Assembly: GCA_040218735.1 (NCBI GenBank) | Contig: JAVJQW010000061.1 | Span: forward strand, 224,001 to 288,000 | Source of the DNA: Deltaproteobacteria bacterium | GTDB lineage: Bacteria; Myxococcota; Kuafuiibacteriia; Kuafuiibacteriales; Kuafuiibacteriaceae | Length of the DNA stretch: 64,000 nucleotides | Reading direction: 5' to 3' | In this document: piece after piece, positions 20,002 to 28,490 of the stretch | Numbering within the stretch: the first letter of the stretch is position 1 | Layout: each line of letters begins with the position of its first letter | The notes under the pieces: generated by a model | Seen by the model: only the letters and a program-made list of their open reading frames with translations | Database searches by the model: none | What the model was told of the DNA's origin: nothing | Translations under genes and position numbers: made by a program

Positions 20002-20021
20002 GGCGCCATCGTAGCGGATCT

Positions 20022-20822
20022 TCAGATGCGCAGCGCGAAACCGAAGCTCAGCACCAACTGATCCGTCGCGTACCCGGTCTCGATCGAGGTCCCGCCGACG
20101 GACAGCCCACCCCACTCCGTGCGCACGTAGCGCAGCTCCGACGAGATGCCGCGCCACGCGAGCCCGAGCGTGCCGCCGACCGACCAGCCCTTGTAGACGA
20201 TCGCAAACTGCTCACCCGGCGCGAGCGTGACGCCGCGGAAGGTGACGCCGAACGTCGCGGCGGCGCTGGAGCGCATCGTCGCATAGGCGGCGTCCGCGCC
20301 GAGGTAGAGGAGGAAGGTCGCGGGGAGCCGGAAGCGGAGCTGCATCAGCGGTCCGATCTCCAGGCCCGTGCTGGAGAGGACGCCGCCGCGCAGCGCCTCG
20401 CCCCAACCGTCGCGGTTCATCGGGCCGAACAGGACGGAGCCGCGGACGCCGAGCAGGAACTTGTCGCTGGGGAGGAGGCCGAGGCTCAGGCTCAGGCCGC
20501 TCGCGTCGTCGATCTCGCGGGTGTCGAGCACGCCGCCGCCGCTCCCGAACGCGAAGCGGAAGTCCGTGGACAGCAACGCCCGGAAGACACGCTTCGGCAC
20601 CTCCTCGGATTCTTCGTCGGGCGCCTCGGACTCGACGCTGCGAAACGCTCCGGGACCTTCGGGCGTCGGCGTCGGTGGCGGCGGTGCCGGCGGAGGCGGC
20701 GGAGGGATCCTGGGCCCGCCCGGCTCGGGGATGCGTGGGCCACCGGGCTCGTCCTGTGCCCACGCCGAGCTCGACGCAAACAGCGCCGCCGCGATCGTCA
20801 GCGCCCGAAGCACGGTCCTCAT
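20022..20822 (-). CDS. Outer-membrane beta-barrel protein with Pro-rich N-terminus
   Basis: Signal peptide ending AWA; EPGGPRIP x2 and poly-Pro; alternating amphipathic strands ending LSFGFALRI. Confidence 0.65.
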   Translation of the reverse strand: MRTVLRALTIAAALFASSSAWAQDEPGGPRIPEPGGPRIPPPPPPAPPPPTPTPEGPGAFRSVESEAPDEESEEVPKRVFRALLSTDFRFAFGSGGGVLDTREIDDASGLSLSLGLLPSDKFLLGVRGSVLFGPMNRDGWGEALRGGVLSSTGLEIGPLMQLRFRLPATFLLYLGADAAYATMRSSAAATFGVTFRGVTLAPGEQFAIVYKGWSVGGTLGLAWRGISSELRYVRTEWGGLSVGGTSIETGYATDQLVLSFGFALRI

Positions 20823-20943
20823 GCTGTACCGGAAACGTCGCCGCGTCGGGGCGATTCTTCGGCGACAGTGCCGATGCCCGTGACCGGGCCGTGACGAAGC
20901 GAGAGTGGCCATCCCCAAACCAACGTGGTTAGCGTCCGCGCCG

Positions 20944-22791
20944 ATGAAGCGTATCGTACTCGCCCCGGCCCTTGTCGCCCTCGCGCTCTCGAGCTGCGCG
21001 AAGAAACCCGAAACCGAGCCGGTCGTCGCGACGAAGGCGGCGCCGCCCCCCGCGAAGGCGGCGGCGAAACCCACGCCCGCGGACGCGAAGAAGTTCATCG
21101 CCGAGACCGACGTCGCGCTGAAGAAGGTCCTCGCGGACTGGGAGCGCAGCGAGTTCGTGAAGGCCACGTACATCACGCACGACACGGAGACGATCGCGTC
21201 GCAGCGTCACGAGCGCTACCTCGCGTTCATGTCGCAGGCGATCCAGGACGCCACGAAGTACGACGGCCTGGAGCTGGACGCCGACACCGCGCGCCGCATC
21301 AACCTGCTGAAGGTCGCGCAGTCCATGCCCGCGCCGAACGATCCCGTGCAGCGCAAGAAGCTCGCGGACCTCGCGTCGCGGATGTCGTCGATCTACGGCA
21401 AAGGGAAGTACTGCCGCGGCGACGACTGCCGCGCGCTCGGCGAGCTGTCGAAGGTGCTCGCGAACAGCCACGACTACGACGAGCTGCTCGACGCGTGGCA
21501 GGGCTGGCGGACGATCTCCGTCGAGATGCGCCCGATGTACGAGGAGTTCGTGTCCGTCGCGAACGACGGCGCGAGAGAGCTCGGCTTCGCGGACCTCGGC
21601 GTGCTGTGGCGCGGCGCGTACGACATGAGCTCGGAGGAGTTCGAGGCGGAGACGGAGCGCCTGTGGCAACAGGTGAAGCCGTTGTACGAAGCGCTGCACT
21701 GCCACGTGCGCGCGCAGCTCGCGAAGAAGTACGGCAAGAAGGTCGACCCGAAGGGCAAGATCCCCGCGCACCTGCTCGGCAACATGTGGGCGCAGGAGTG
21801 GGGCAACATCTATCCGCTCGTCGAGCCGTACCGCGGGCAGGCGTCGCTCGACGTCACGTCGGCGCTGGAGAAGAAGAAGTACTCCGCGACCGACATGGTG
21901 AAGATGGGCGAGAAGTTCTTCACCTCGCTCGGGCTCGACCCGCTCCCCGAGACCTTCTGGGAGCGCTCGATGTTCACGAAGCCGGCGGACCGCGAGGTCG
22001 TCTGTCACGCGAGCGCGTGGGACGTCGCGTACGACAACGATCTACGCATCAAGATGTGCATCACGCCGACGGAGGAGGACTTCATCACCATCCACCACGA
22101 GCTCGGGCACAACTACTACTACATGTACTATCACCAGCTGCCGGTGCTCTATCAGGCCGGCGCGCACGACGGCTTCCACGAGGGCATCGGCGACACACTC
22201 GCGCTCTCCGTGACGCCGGGTTACCTCAAGGACGTCGGCATCCTGAAGAAGGTCGCGAAGAACGACAAAGCGCTGATCAACTACCAGATGAAGGTCGCGC
22301 TCGATAAGATCGCGTTCCTCCCGTTCGGCAAGCTGATCGACCAGTGGCGATGGGACGTCTTCTCCGGGAAGGTCGGCCCCGACGACTACAACGCCGCGTG
22401 GTGGAAGCTGCGCGAGGACTACCAGGGCATCCAGGCGCCCGTCGCGCGCAGCGAGAAGGACTTCGACCCGGGCGCGAAGTACCACGTCCCGTCGAACGTC
22501 CCGTACACGCGTTACTTCCTCGCGCGGATCCTCCAGTTCCAGTTCTACCGGGCGATGTGCAAGATCGCCGGCCACGAAGGCCCGCTGCACGAGTGCTCGT
22601 TCTTCGGGAGCCAGGAGGCCGGCGCGAAGCTGAAGGCGATGCTCGCGATGGGCGCGAGCCGCCCGTGGCCCGAGGCGCTCGAGGCCCTGACCGGCGAGCG
22701 CCAGATGGACGCGACCGCGATGATCGACTACTTCGCGCCGCTGTCGGCCTGGCTCGCCAAGCAGAACGAGGGCCGAACCTGCGGCTGGTAG
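20944..22791 (+). CDS. M2 family peptidyl-dipeptidase A (ACE-like) lipoprotein
   Basis: PAHLLGNMWAQEW, VCHASAWD, HHELGH, GFHEGIGD, FDPGAKYHVP; lipobox LSSC. Confidence 0.95.
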   Translation: MKRIVLAPALVALALSSCAKKPETEPVVATKAAPPPAKAAAKPTPADAKKFIAETDVALKKVLADWERSEFVKATYITHDTETIASQRHERYLAFMSQAIQDATKYDGLELDADTARRINLLKVAQSMPAPNDPVQRKKLADLASRMSSIYGKGKYCRGDDCRALGELSKVLANSHDYDELLDAWQGWRTISVEMRPMYEEFVSVANDGARELGFADLGVLWRGAYDMSSEEFEAETERLWQQVKPLYEALHCHVRAQLAKKYGKKVDPKGKIPAHLLGNMWAQEWGNIYPLVEPYRGQASLDVTSALEKKKYSATDMVKMGEKFFTSLGLDPLPETFWERSMFTKPADREVVCHASAWDVAYDNDLRIKMCITPTEEDFITIHHELGHNYYYMYYHQLPVLYQAGAHDGFHEGIGDTLALSVTPGYLKDVGILKKVAKNDKALINYQMKVALDKIAFLPFGKLIDQWRWDVFSGKVGPDDYNAAWWKLREDYQGIQAPVARSEKDFDPGAKYHVPSNVPYTRYFLARILQFQFYRAMCKIAGHEGPLHECSFFGSQEAGAKLKAMLAMGASRPWPEALEALTGERQMDATAMIDYFAPLSAWLAKQNEGRTCGW

Positions 22792-22801
22792 CGGGCGGTC
22801 G

Positions 22802-22825
22802 GCGCCGCACCGCGTCGTGCGGCGC
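22802..22825 (+). terminator. Perfect 9-bp GC hairpin after ACE-like gene
   Basis: GCGCCGCAC-cgcgtc-GTGCGGCGC; lacks U-tract. Confidence 0.35.
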
Positions 22826-22996
22826 GCCACAAATGTAAAAAACGTGGCACCAGGAAACTTTCGCGCGGTCTTACTCGTTGGATACGGGGCAAGCGGTGGC
22901 GTGATGTTCGATTCCTGGCCTTGCTAAGCCACGAAAGTGGCCGACATACTGTTGGGGAATTCGCCCTCGCTGCCCGGGCGTTTCGAGAGGAGCTGA

Positions 22997-23449
22997 ATGG
23001 TTACTGCCGCTTGGATTGCCGGAATCGTGACCGTCGGGACGTGGGTCCTGCTGCTCAGGCTCACCGTCCGGGTCTTTGGCCGAGGCAAACTCGACAACGG
23101 GTGGGACAACGCGCTCGCCTACGGCGTCGTCTCGGCGCTGATGCTCTTCCCCGTGAAGTGGATGATCGGCAGCAAGAGCCTCATCCTGATCAGCCTGATA
23201 CCCGCCGTCCTCTGGGCGGGCCAGCTGATCGCGCTCAAGGTGATCTACGAGGTCAAGGCGCTGCACGCCCTCCTCATCGGGGCGACGCACGCCGCGGTGA
23301 GCACCGCGATCCTCGGGGCGCTGACCGTCGTGGCCGGGTTCATCGTCGCCTATGTGACGTACAACAAGATCATCACCGACCCGATGATCCTCGTGCGCCT
23401 GATTCTGCGCCTGATCGGCCTGTGGCCGACCGACGTCGCCCTCCCCTAG
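22997..23449 (+). CDS. Small integral membrane protein (about 4 TM)
   Basis: GAGAGGAG RBS; hydrophobic helices throughout. Confidence 0.75.
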   Translation: MVTAAWIAGIVTVGTWVLLLRLTVRVFGRGKLDNGWDNALAYGVVSALMLFPVKWMIGSKSLILISLIPAVLWAGQLIALKVIYEVKALHALLIGATHAAVSTAILGALTVVAGFIVAYVTYNKIITDPMILVRLILRLIGLWPTDVALP

Positions 23450-23528
23450 GCTGAGGCCGGTCGCGAACGCGGCCGGTCCGAAGACTGTGCCAAGGCGGTC
23501 CGCGAAGCGGGGCGGCGTTATGGCCTAG
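23446..23528 (+). mobile_element. CTAG-bounded double-hairpin REP/MITE-like element, copy 1
   Basis: CTAGGCTGAGGCC...GTCCGAAGACTGTGCC...GTTATGGCCTAG; homologous to 26130-26211 (reverse) and 36611-36693. Confidence 0.75.
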
Positions 23529-23577
23529 GGAACGGGGCTTGGCTTGACGCGACGCTTTTGATTCTGTCGGCGCCTTC

Positions 23578-26133
23578 ATGGCGTCACCCTACCGTCTCCC
23601 GCAGGTCGTCCGGCCGACACGCTACGACGTCGACCTCACCACCAGTCCCTCGAAGAGCGACTTCTTCGGCACCGTCACGATGCAGCTCGCCGTGCGCGAG
23701 CAGACCAACCGGATCGAAATGCACGCCAAGCACCTCGAGCTGGCGGACGCGCACCTCGTGCGCGGCGAGACGAAGACCCCGCTCGACTTCACCCACGACG
23801 CCGAGCAGGAGACCGTCACGTTCACGACCGGGGCGGCGATCGAACCCGGCGACGTCGCGCTGACCGTCGCGTTCAAGGGCGTACCGAGCCCGAGTATGCA
23901 CGGCCTCTACCTCGCCGCCGACGGCGAAGAGCGCGCGGTGTGCACCCAGTGCGAGGCGACCGACGCCCGCGCGATCTTCCCGTGTTTCGACGAACCGGAG
24001 TTCAAGGCGCGGCTCGCCTGGACGATCCGCACCGACGCCGAGCTCGTCGCGCTCGCGAACGGTCCGCTGATTGAACGCACCGAAGAGGACGGCATGTCGG
24101 TGTGGCGCTTCGAGGCGACCGCCCCCGTGTCGAGTTACCTCGCGGCGATCGCGGTCGGCGACTTCGCCGGCACGGAAGAAACCCTCGCGCACGACACCCC
24201 CGTGCGGGTGTGGGCGATGCGCGGGAAGGAGTCGCAGGCGAAGTTCGCGCACACGTTCACCGAGAAGCTCATCCCGTACTACGAGGACTACTTCGGCATC
24301 GACTACCCGTACGTGAAGTACGACCAGGTCGCCGTCCCCGGGTTCGACGCGGGCGCGATGGAGAACGTCGGCCTCGTGCTCTTCCGCCAGAACCTGCTGC
24401 TGATGGGTTCGTCGTCGGCGTCGTGGAACCAGGAGAAGCTGATCGCGAAGGTCATCGCGCACGAGCTGGCCCACATGTGGTTCGGCAACCTCGTGACGAT
24501 GAAGTGGTGGGACGACCTCTGGCTCAACGAGGCGTTCGCCGAGTGGTTCGCCCACAAGGCGTGCGACGCGGCCGCGCCCGACTACCTCGTCTGGTACGAC
24601 TTCCAATCCGACAAGAACCGCGCGCTCGTCGACGACGCGCTCCCGACCACGCACCCGATCTGGACGGCGGTCGAGACCCCCGACGAGGCGATCGAGATGT
24701 TCGACGTCATCACGTACCAGAAGGGGTGCGCGGTGATGCGGATGCTCGAGGACTACCTCGGCGAGGCGCCCTTCCGAGACGGCCTCCGCACGTACATGGC
24801 GGAGTACGCCGAGAGCAACGCGCGCGGCGCCGACCTGTGGCGGCACCTCGAGCAAGCGTCGTCGCAGCCGGTCGGCGCGCTGATGAAGAGCTGGATCGAG
24901 CAGCCCGGTTTCCCGATCGTCGACTACGACGTGGAGGGCGCGACGATCGTCGTGAAGCAGAAGCGCTTCTGGTCGAAGCCCGACGCCCCCGACGACGACG
25001 GCCAGACCTGGAACGTGCCGCTCGTGGTTCGCTTCGCGGACGACGAAGGGATCAAGGACCACCGCTTCATCCTCGACGGGACCGAGGGCCGCGCCGAGCT
25101 GCCGGCGAAGGGCGCCATCCGGTGGTGTTTCCTCAACGCCGACGGCATCGGCTTCTACCGCACGGCGCCTTCCAAGCGTGTGGTGCAGCAGATCCTCGCG
25201 AGCGCGATCGAGCACCTGAGCCCCGTCGAGCAGATGGGGTTCATCGAGGATCAGTGGGCGCTCGTGCGGAACGGCACGCAGGACATCGGCGCGTTCATGC
25301 CGGTGCTCGAGGAGTTCGTCGCTTCGCGCGATCACAACGTGGTGCGTTCGCTCGCGGATCGGTTCGGTTCGTTGGAGGCGCTCCTGGAGCTCGCCGGCGA
25401 AGAAGAGGCGCTCGCGAAGATGCGCGCGGTGATCGGCGAACGCTTCGCGCCGCACGTGGCGGAGCTGTCGTACGCGCCGAAGGACGGCGAGTCACAGAAC
25501 GACACGCAGCGCCGCGCGATCGCGATCTTCTCGCTCGCGTCGATCGCACGCGACTCGGACGCGATCGCGGAGTGTGAAAAGTACGCCGAGCAAGAGCGCG
25601 CCGACCCGCGTTCGATCGATCCGAACCTCACGGGCACGTTCGTCGGCATCGCGGCGAAGTTCGGTGACGCCGCGCGCTACGACGCGTGGGAGTCGACCTA
25701 CGTCGCGCGCCGCAAGGGCGCGGCCGCGCCGCAAGAGAGCTTGCGGTACCTCTACACGTTCGCCGCGTTCCGACCTGAAGCGCTCACCGCGCGCACGCTC
25801 GCGCACCTCGACGACGGCTTCATCCCGCAGGAGGCGGTCGGCAGCATCGTGTCGCAGCTCCTCGGGCACCGTCACAGCCAGCTCGCGGCGTGGGCCTACG
25901 TGAAGGCGAACTGGTCGACGCTGCAGAAGCGCGTCGGCGACATGGGGATCTCGCGCGTCGTGGAGTCGGTGGGTCGTCTGCCGGGGAGCGAGCGCGCGGA
26001 CATCGTCGCGTTCTTCGAAGCGAACCCGCCGAAGGGCGCGGAGCGCGCGCTGGCGCGTGCGCTGGAGAGCCTGGATCAGCGCGAAGAGCTGCTGAAGCGC
26101 GTGACGCCGGGGCTCGTGGCGTACCTCGCCTAG
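23578..26133 (+). CDS. pepN: M1 family aminopeptidase N (puromycin-sensitive/ERAP1-like C-terminus)
   Basis: TQCEATDARAIFPCFDEP, GAMEN, HELAH-x18-E (WLNEAFA), YQKG. Confidence 0.92.
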   Translation: MASPYRLPQVVRPTRYDVDLTTSPSKSDFFGTVTMQLAVREQTNRIEMHAKHLELADAHLVRGETKTPLDFTHDAEQETVTFTTGAAIEPGDVALTVAFKGVPSPSMHGLYLAADGEERAVCTQCEATDARAIFPCFDEPEFKARLAWTIRTDAELVALANGPLIERTEEDGMSVWRFEATAPVSSYLAAIAVGDFAGTEETLAHDTPVRVWAMRGKESQAKFAHTFTEKLIPYYEDYFGIDYPYVKYDQVAVPGFDAGAMENVGLVLFRQNLLLMGSSSASWNQEKLIAKVIAHELAHMWFGNLVTMKWWDDLWLNEAFAEWFAHKACDAAAPDYLVWYDFQSDKNRALVDDALPTTHPIWTAVETPDEAIEMFDVITYQKGCAVMRMLEDYLGEAPFRDGLRTYMAEYAESNARGADLWRHLEQASSQPVGALMKSWIEQPGFPIVDYDVEGATIVVKQKRFWSKPDAPDDDGQTWNVPLVVRFADDEGIKDHRFILDGTEGRAELPAKGAIRWCFLNADGIGFYRTAPSKRVVQQILASAIEHLSPVEQMGFIEDQWALVRNGTQDIGAFMPVLEEFVASRDHNVVRSLADRFGSLEALLELAGEEEALAKMRAVIGERFAPHVAELSYAPKDGESQNDTQRRAIAIFSLASIARDSDAIAECEKYAEQERADPRSIDPNLTGTFVGIAAKFGDAARYDAWESTYVARRKGAAAPQESLRYLYTFAAFRPEALTARTLAHLDDGFIPQEAVGSIVSQLLGHRHSQLAAWAYVKANWSTLQKRVGDMGISRVVESVGRLPGSERADIVAFFEANPPKGAERALARALESLDQREELLKRVTPGLVAYLA

Positions 26134-26211
26134 GCCATAACGGTACCTCGCTTCGCGAGGGACCTTGGCACAGTCTTCGGACCCGCCGCTCCGCGCCCGG
26201 CCTCAGCCTAG
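26130..26211 (-). mobile_element. CTAG-bounded double-hairpin REP/MITE-like element, copy 2 (inverted)
   Basis: Reverse complement reads CTAGGCTGAGGCC...GTCCGAAGACTGTGCC...GTTATGGCCTAG. Confidence 0.75.
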
Positions 26212-26262
26212 TGGTCGAAGCGCTGCTCGAGGCGAGGGCCCGTGCGCAGCGTCGTCAACGCG

Positions 26263-27612
26263 CTAAGCCGACAACCCCAGCCGTCGCCCGATGTTCGACG
26301 ACAGCTTCCCGTCCGGATCGTACTTCGCCTTCACGGCCTTCCACTCGTCGAGCTTCGGATACATCTGCTCGAACATGTCGCGCCCGAGGAACGCGTCCTT
26401 GCCGAGATAGATTCGGCCGCCCATCTGAAGCACGCGCTCGTCGAGCTTGCGCAGCACCTCGGCGAGGCCGTCGCGCACCGGGAAGTCGATCGCAAACGTG
26501 TACCCCTCGAACGGGAACGACAGCTGCGTCTCCGGGCGCTCCGGTCCGAAGCGCTTCAGCACGTTGAGGAACGGCGCCTGTCCGCAGGTCGCGATGGTCT
26601 CCATCAGCTCGCGGATGTTCTTGCGACCGTCCTTCATGGGGATCACGAACTGGTACTGCGTGAACCCGCGCGCGCCGTAGCCGAGGTTCCAGTCGCCGAT
26701 CGCGTCGAGGGGGTAGAAGAACTTCTCGTAGTGCGCGACGGCAGCGCCGTGTTTTTGCACCTGGTCGAGCACCACGTTCGCGAGGCGGATCGTCGCCGTG
26801 TTGAGCGTCGCGCTCGGCAGCGGGAACGGCACCGCGAGCGGCGAAGGCGGGCTCACGCGGAGCGGTTCCTTCTTGTACTTCGCCGGCAGGTCGGCGGCCT
26901 TCAGATGATCGCCGACCGTCAACACGCCGCGGCCGAGCTTCGCGCCCGTCGCGAGTGAGTCGACCCACGCGACCGAGTAGGGGAGGTGGTTGTACTCGTC
27001 GAGCGCGTCGAGCATCGCGTCGAGGTCTTCACACTCGACGGCGGTCTGATCGAAGTACGTCGTCTCGACCTTCCGCAGTCGGATCGTCGCCTCGGTGATG
27101 ACGCCCAACAGCCCGAGCCCACCGAAGTTCGCCCAGTACAGATCGGCGTTTTCGTCGGGGCTCGCGTTCACCGTCTCGCCGTTGGCGAGCGTGATGCGGA
27201 ACGAATCGGTGCAGCGCGAGAAACAGCCGTCGGCGTGGTGCGCTTTGCCGTGGATGTCGTTCGCGATGCACCCGCCGATCGTCACGAACTTCGTGCCGGG
27301 GGTGATCATCGGCATGAACCCGCGCGGCGCGAAGTCGTCGAGGATCTGCTCCAGGCTCACCCCGGCTTCGCAGGTGAGTGTGCCCGTCGCCGGATCGAAG
27401 TCGCGGTAGCGGTCGAGCCCGGTGAGGTCCGCGACGCAGCCGCCCTCGTTGATCGCCTGGTCGGCGTAGCTGCGACCGAGACCGCGCGCGACGACGGTGG
27501 CCCCGTTGTCGTAGAGCGCGCGCACGTCCGACAGGCTCGACGGGCGGACGAGGTCGCAGTCGACGCGGGGGTACAGGCCCCATCCGGAGAGGGAGACGTT
27601 TCGGGAGCGCAC
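26263..27612 (-). CDS. FAD-binding oxidoreductase, DprE1-like (decaprenylphosphoryl-ribose oxidase family)
   Basis: RGLGRSYAD, TPGTKFVTIGGCIANDIHGKAHH, FFYPLD, YGARGFTQYQ, GRIYLGKD. Confidence 0.88.
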   Translation of the reverse strand: MRSRNVSLSGWGLYPRVDCDLVRPSSLSDVRALYDNGATVVARGLGRSYADQAINEGGCVADLTGLDRYRDFDPATGTLTCEAGVSLEQILDDFAPRGFMPMITPGTKFVTIGGCIANDIHGKAHHADGCFSRCTDSFRITLANGETVNASPDENADLYWANFGGLGLLGVITEATIRLRKVETTYFDQTAVECEDLDAMLDALDEYNHLPYSVAWVDSLATGAKLGRGVLTVGDHLKAADLPAKYKKEPLRVSPPSPLAVPFPLPSATLNTATIRLANVVLDQVQKHGAAVAHYEKFFYPLDAIGDWNLGYGARGFTQYQFVIPMKDGRKNIRELMETIATCGQAPFLNVLKRFGPERPETQLSFPFEGYTFAIDFPVRDGLAEVLRKLDERVLQMGGRIYLGKDAFLGRDMFEQMYPKLDEWKAVKAKYDPDGKLSSNIGRRLGLSA

Positions 27613-27696
27613 GGCGATAAGCCTTTCAGGGCGCGCGACAGTCGTCTAGAGCAGGTGGAACCTAGGGTTCACCTAGCGTTCCGAAAGGATCGGCTC

Positions 27697-27981
27697 GTGC
27701 TACGCGTGCCGATCAAGCGATCTCGACATGGTCCACGCCCTCTCGCGCCCGAGTTGACCTTCCCGGTGAGCGCCGCGGTCCACCCGTCCGGGCGGTTCGT
27801 CTTCGTGGCCGGCCTCCAGGACGTCTGGAGCTTCGCACGCTACCTGTACGTCATGGCCTTCGGCGTCGGCGCCCAGGCGAATCAGTTCGCGATCGAGGAC
27901 GACGGGACGCTCACGCCGCTCACGCCGTTCCAGATCCCGATGTGGACCGACAGCGTCGCGGCCAGCGCGACCTGGCGTTGA
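27697..27981 (+). pseudogene. Fragment of lactonase-type beta-propeller gene
   Basis: Only about 2 blades (PVSAAVHPSGRFVFVA; RYLYV...QFAIEDDGTLTPL), far too short for a propeller. Confidence 0.45.
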
Positions 27982-28003
27982 CGGGGGGCCGGCCACAACG
28001 CCG

Positions 28004-28033
28004 GTGACCGTTGGACGGTGCACGGCGTACAAT
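28004..28033 (+). promoter_or_regulatory. Sigma70-like promoter giving a probably leaderless transcript
   Basis: GTGACC-N18-TACAAT, with ATG 28041 seven nt downstream and no RBS. Confidence 0.45.
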
Positions 28034-28040
28034 CGCGGCG

Positions 28041-28490
28041 ATGTCCCGAACCGTGGAGATCGGAAAATCGCGTCGCTTCGACGTCTCCGTGCAGCAGCAG
28101 GACGACAAGGTCGTCGTGCGGGTGAAGGCCGAGCGCGCCGAAGACGAAGCCATCGCCGAGGTGATCAACACCGGCTGGATACGCGGTCCCCTCGCGCTCG
28201 TGAACGGCGCGCGCGACCGCGTCGGGTTCTCGTTCGATCAGGTCGGCGTGGTCTTTCAAGGCGAAGCACCCGAAGAGTTCCCGCGTGGCGCCGCGAACCG
28301 CGTTCGGCTCGACTACTTCGAGGATCAGGTCGAGCTCCTCGCCGCGGACTACGCGAAGCTCGTCGGCGCGATCGCGGAGGCCGCGACCGAAGGTCCGCTG
28401 AAGGACGCGCTCGCCGACGGCGCAAAGATTCACGCGGTCGCGCAGCAGCTCGGCAAGGCCGGCCGGCGGCGCGGCGTCGTCACTGATTGA
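28041..28490 (+). CDS. Candidate immunity protein (CdiI_4-like) convergent with toxin
   Basis: 149 aa; GFSFDQVGVVF...VRLDYFEDQVELLAADYAKLV resembles EndoU-immunity pattern; 11-nt 3' overlap with toxin. Confidence 0.55.
   Translation: MSRTVEIGKSRRFDVSVQQQDDKVVVRVKAERAEDEAIAEVINTGWIRGPLALVNGARDRVGFSFDQVGVVFQGEAPEEFPRGAANRVRLDYFEDQVELLAADYAKLVGAIAEAATEGPLKDALADGAKIHAVAQQLGKAGRRRGVVTD

Noticed and set aside
22845-22930. TGGCAC as a sigma54 -24 element
   Set aside because: No TGC at the required -12 spacing
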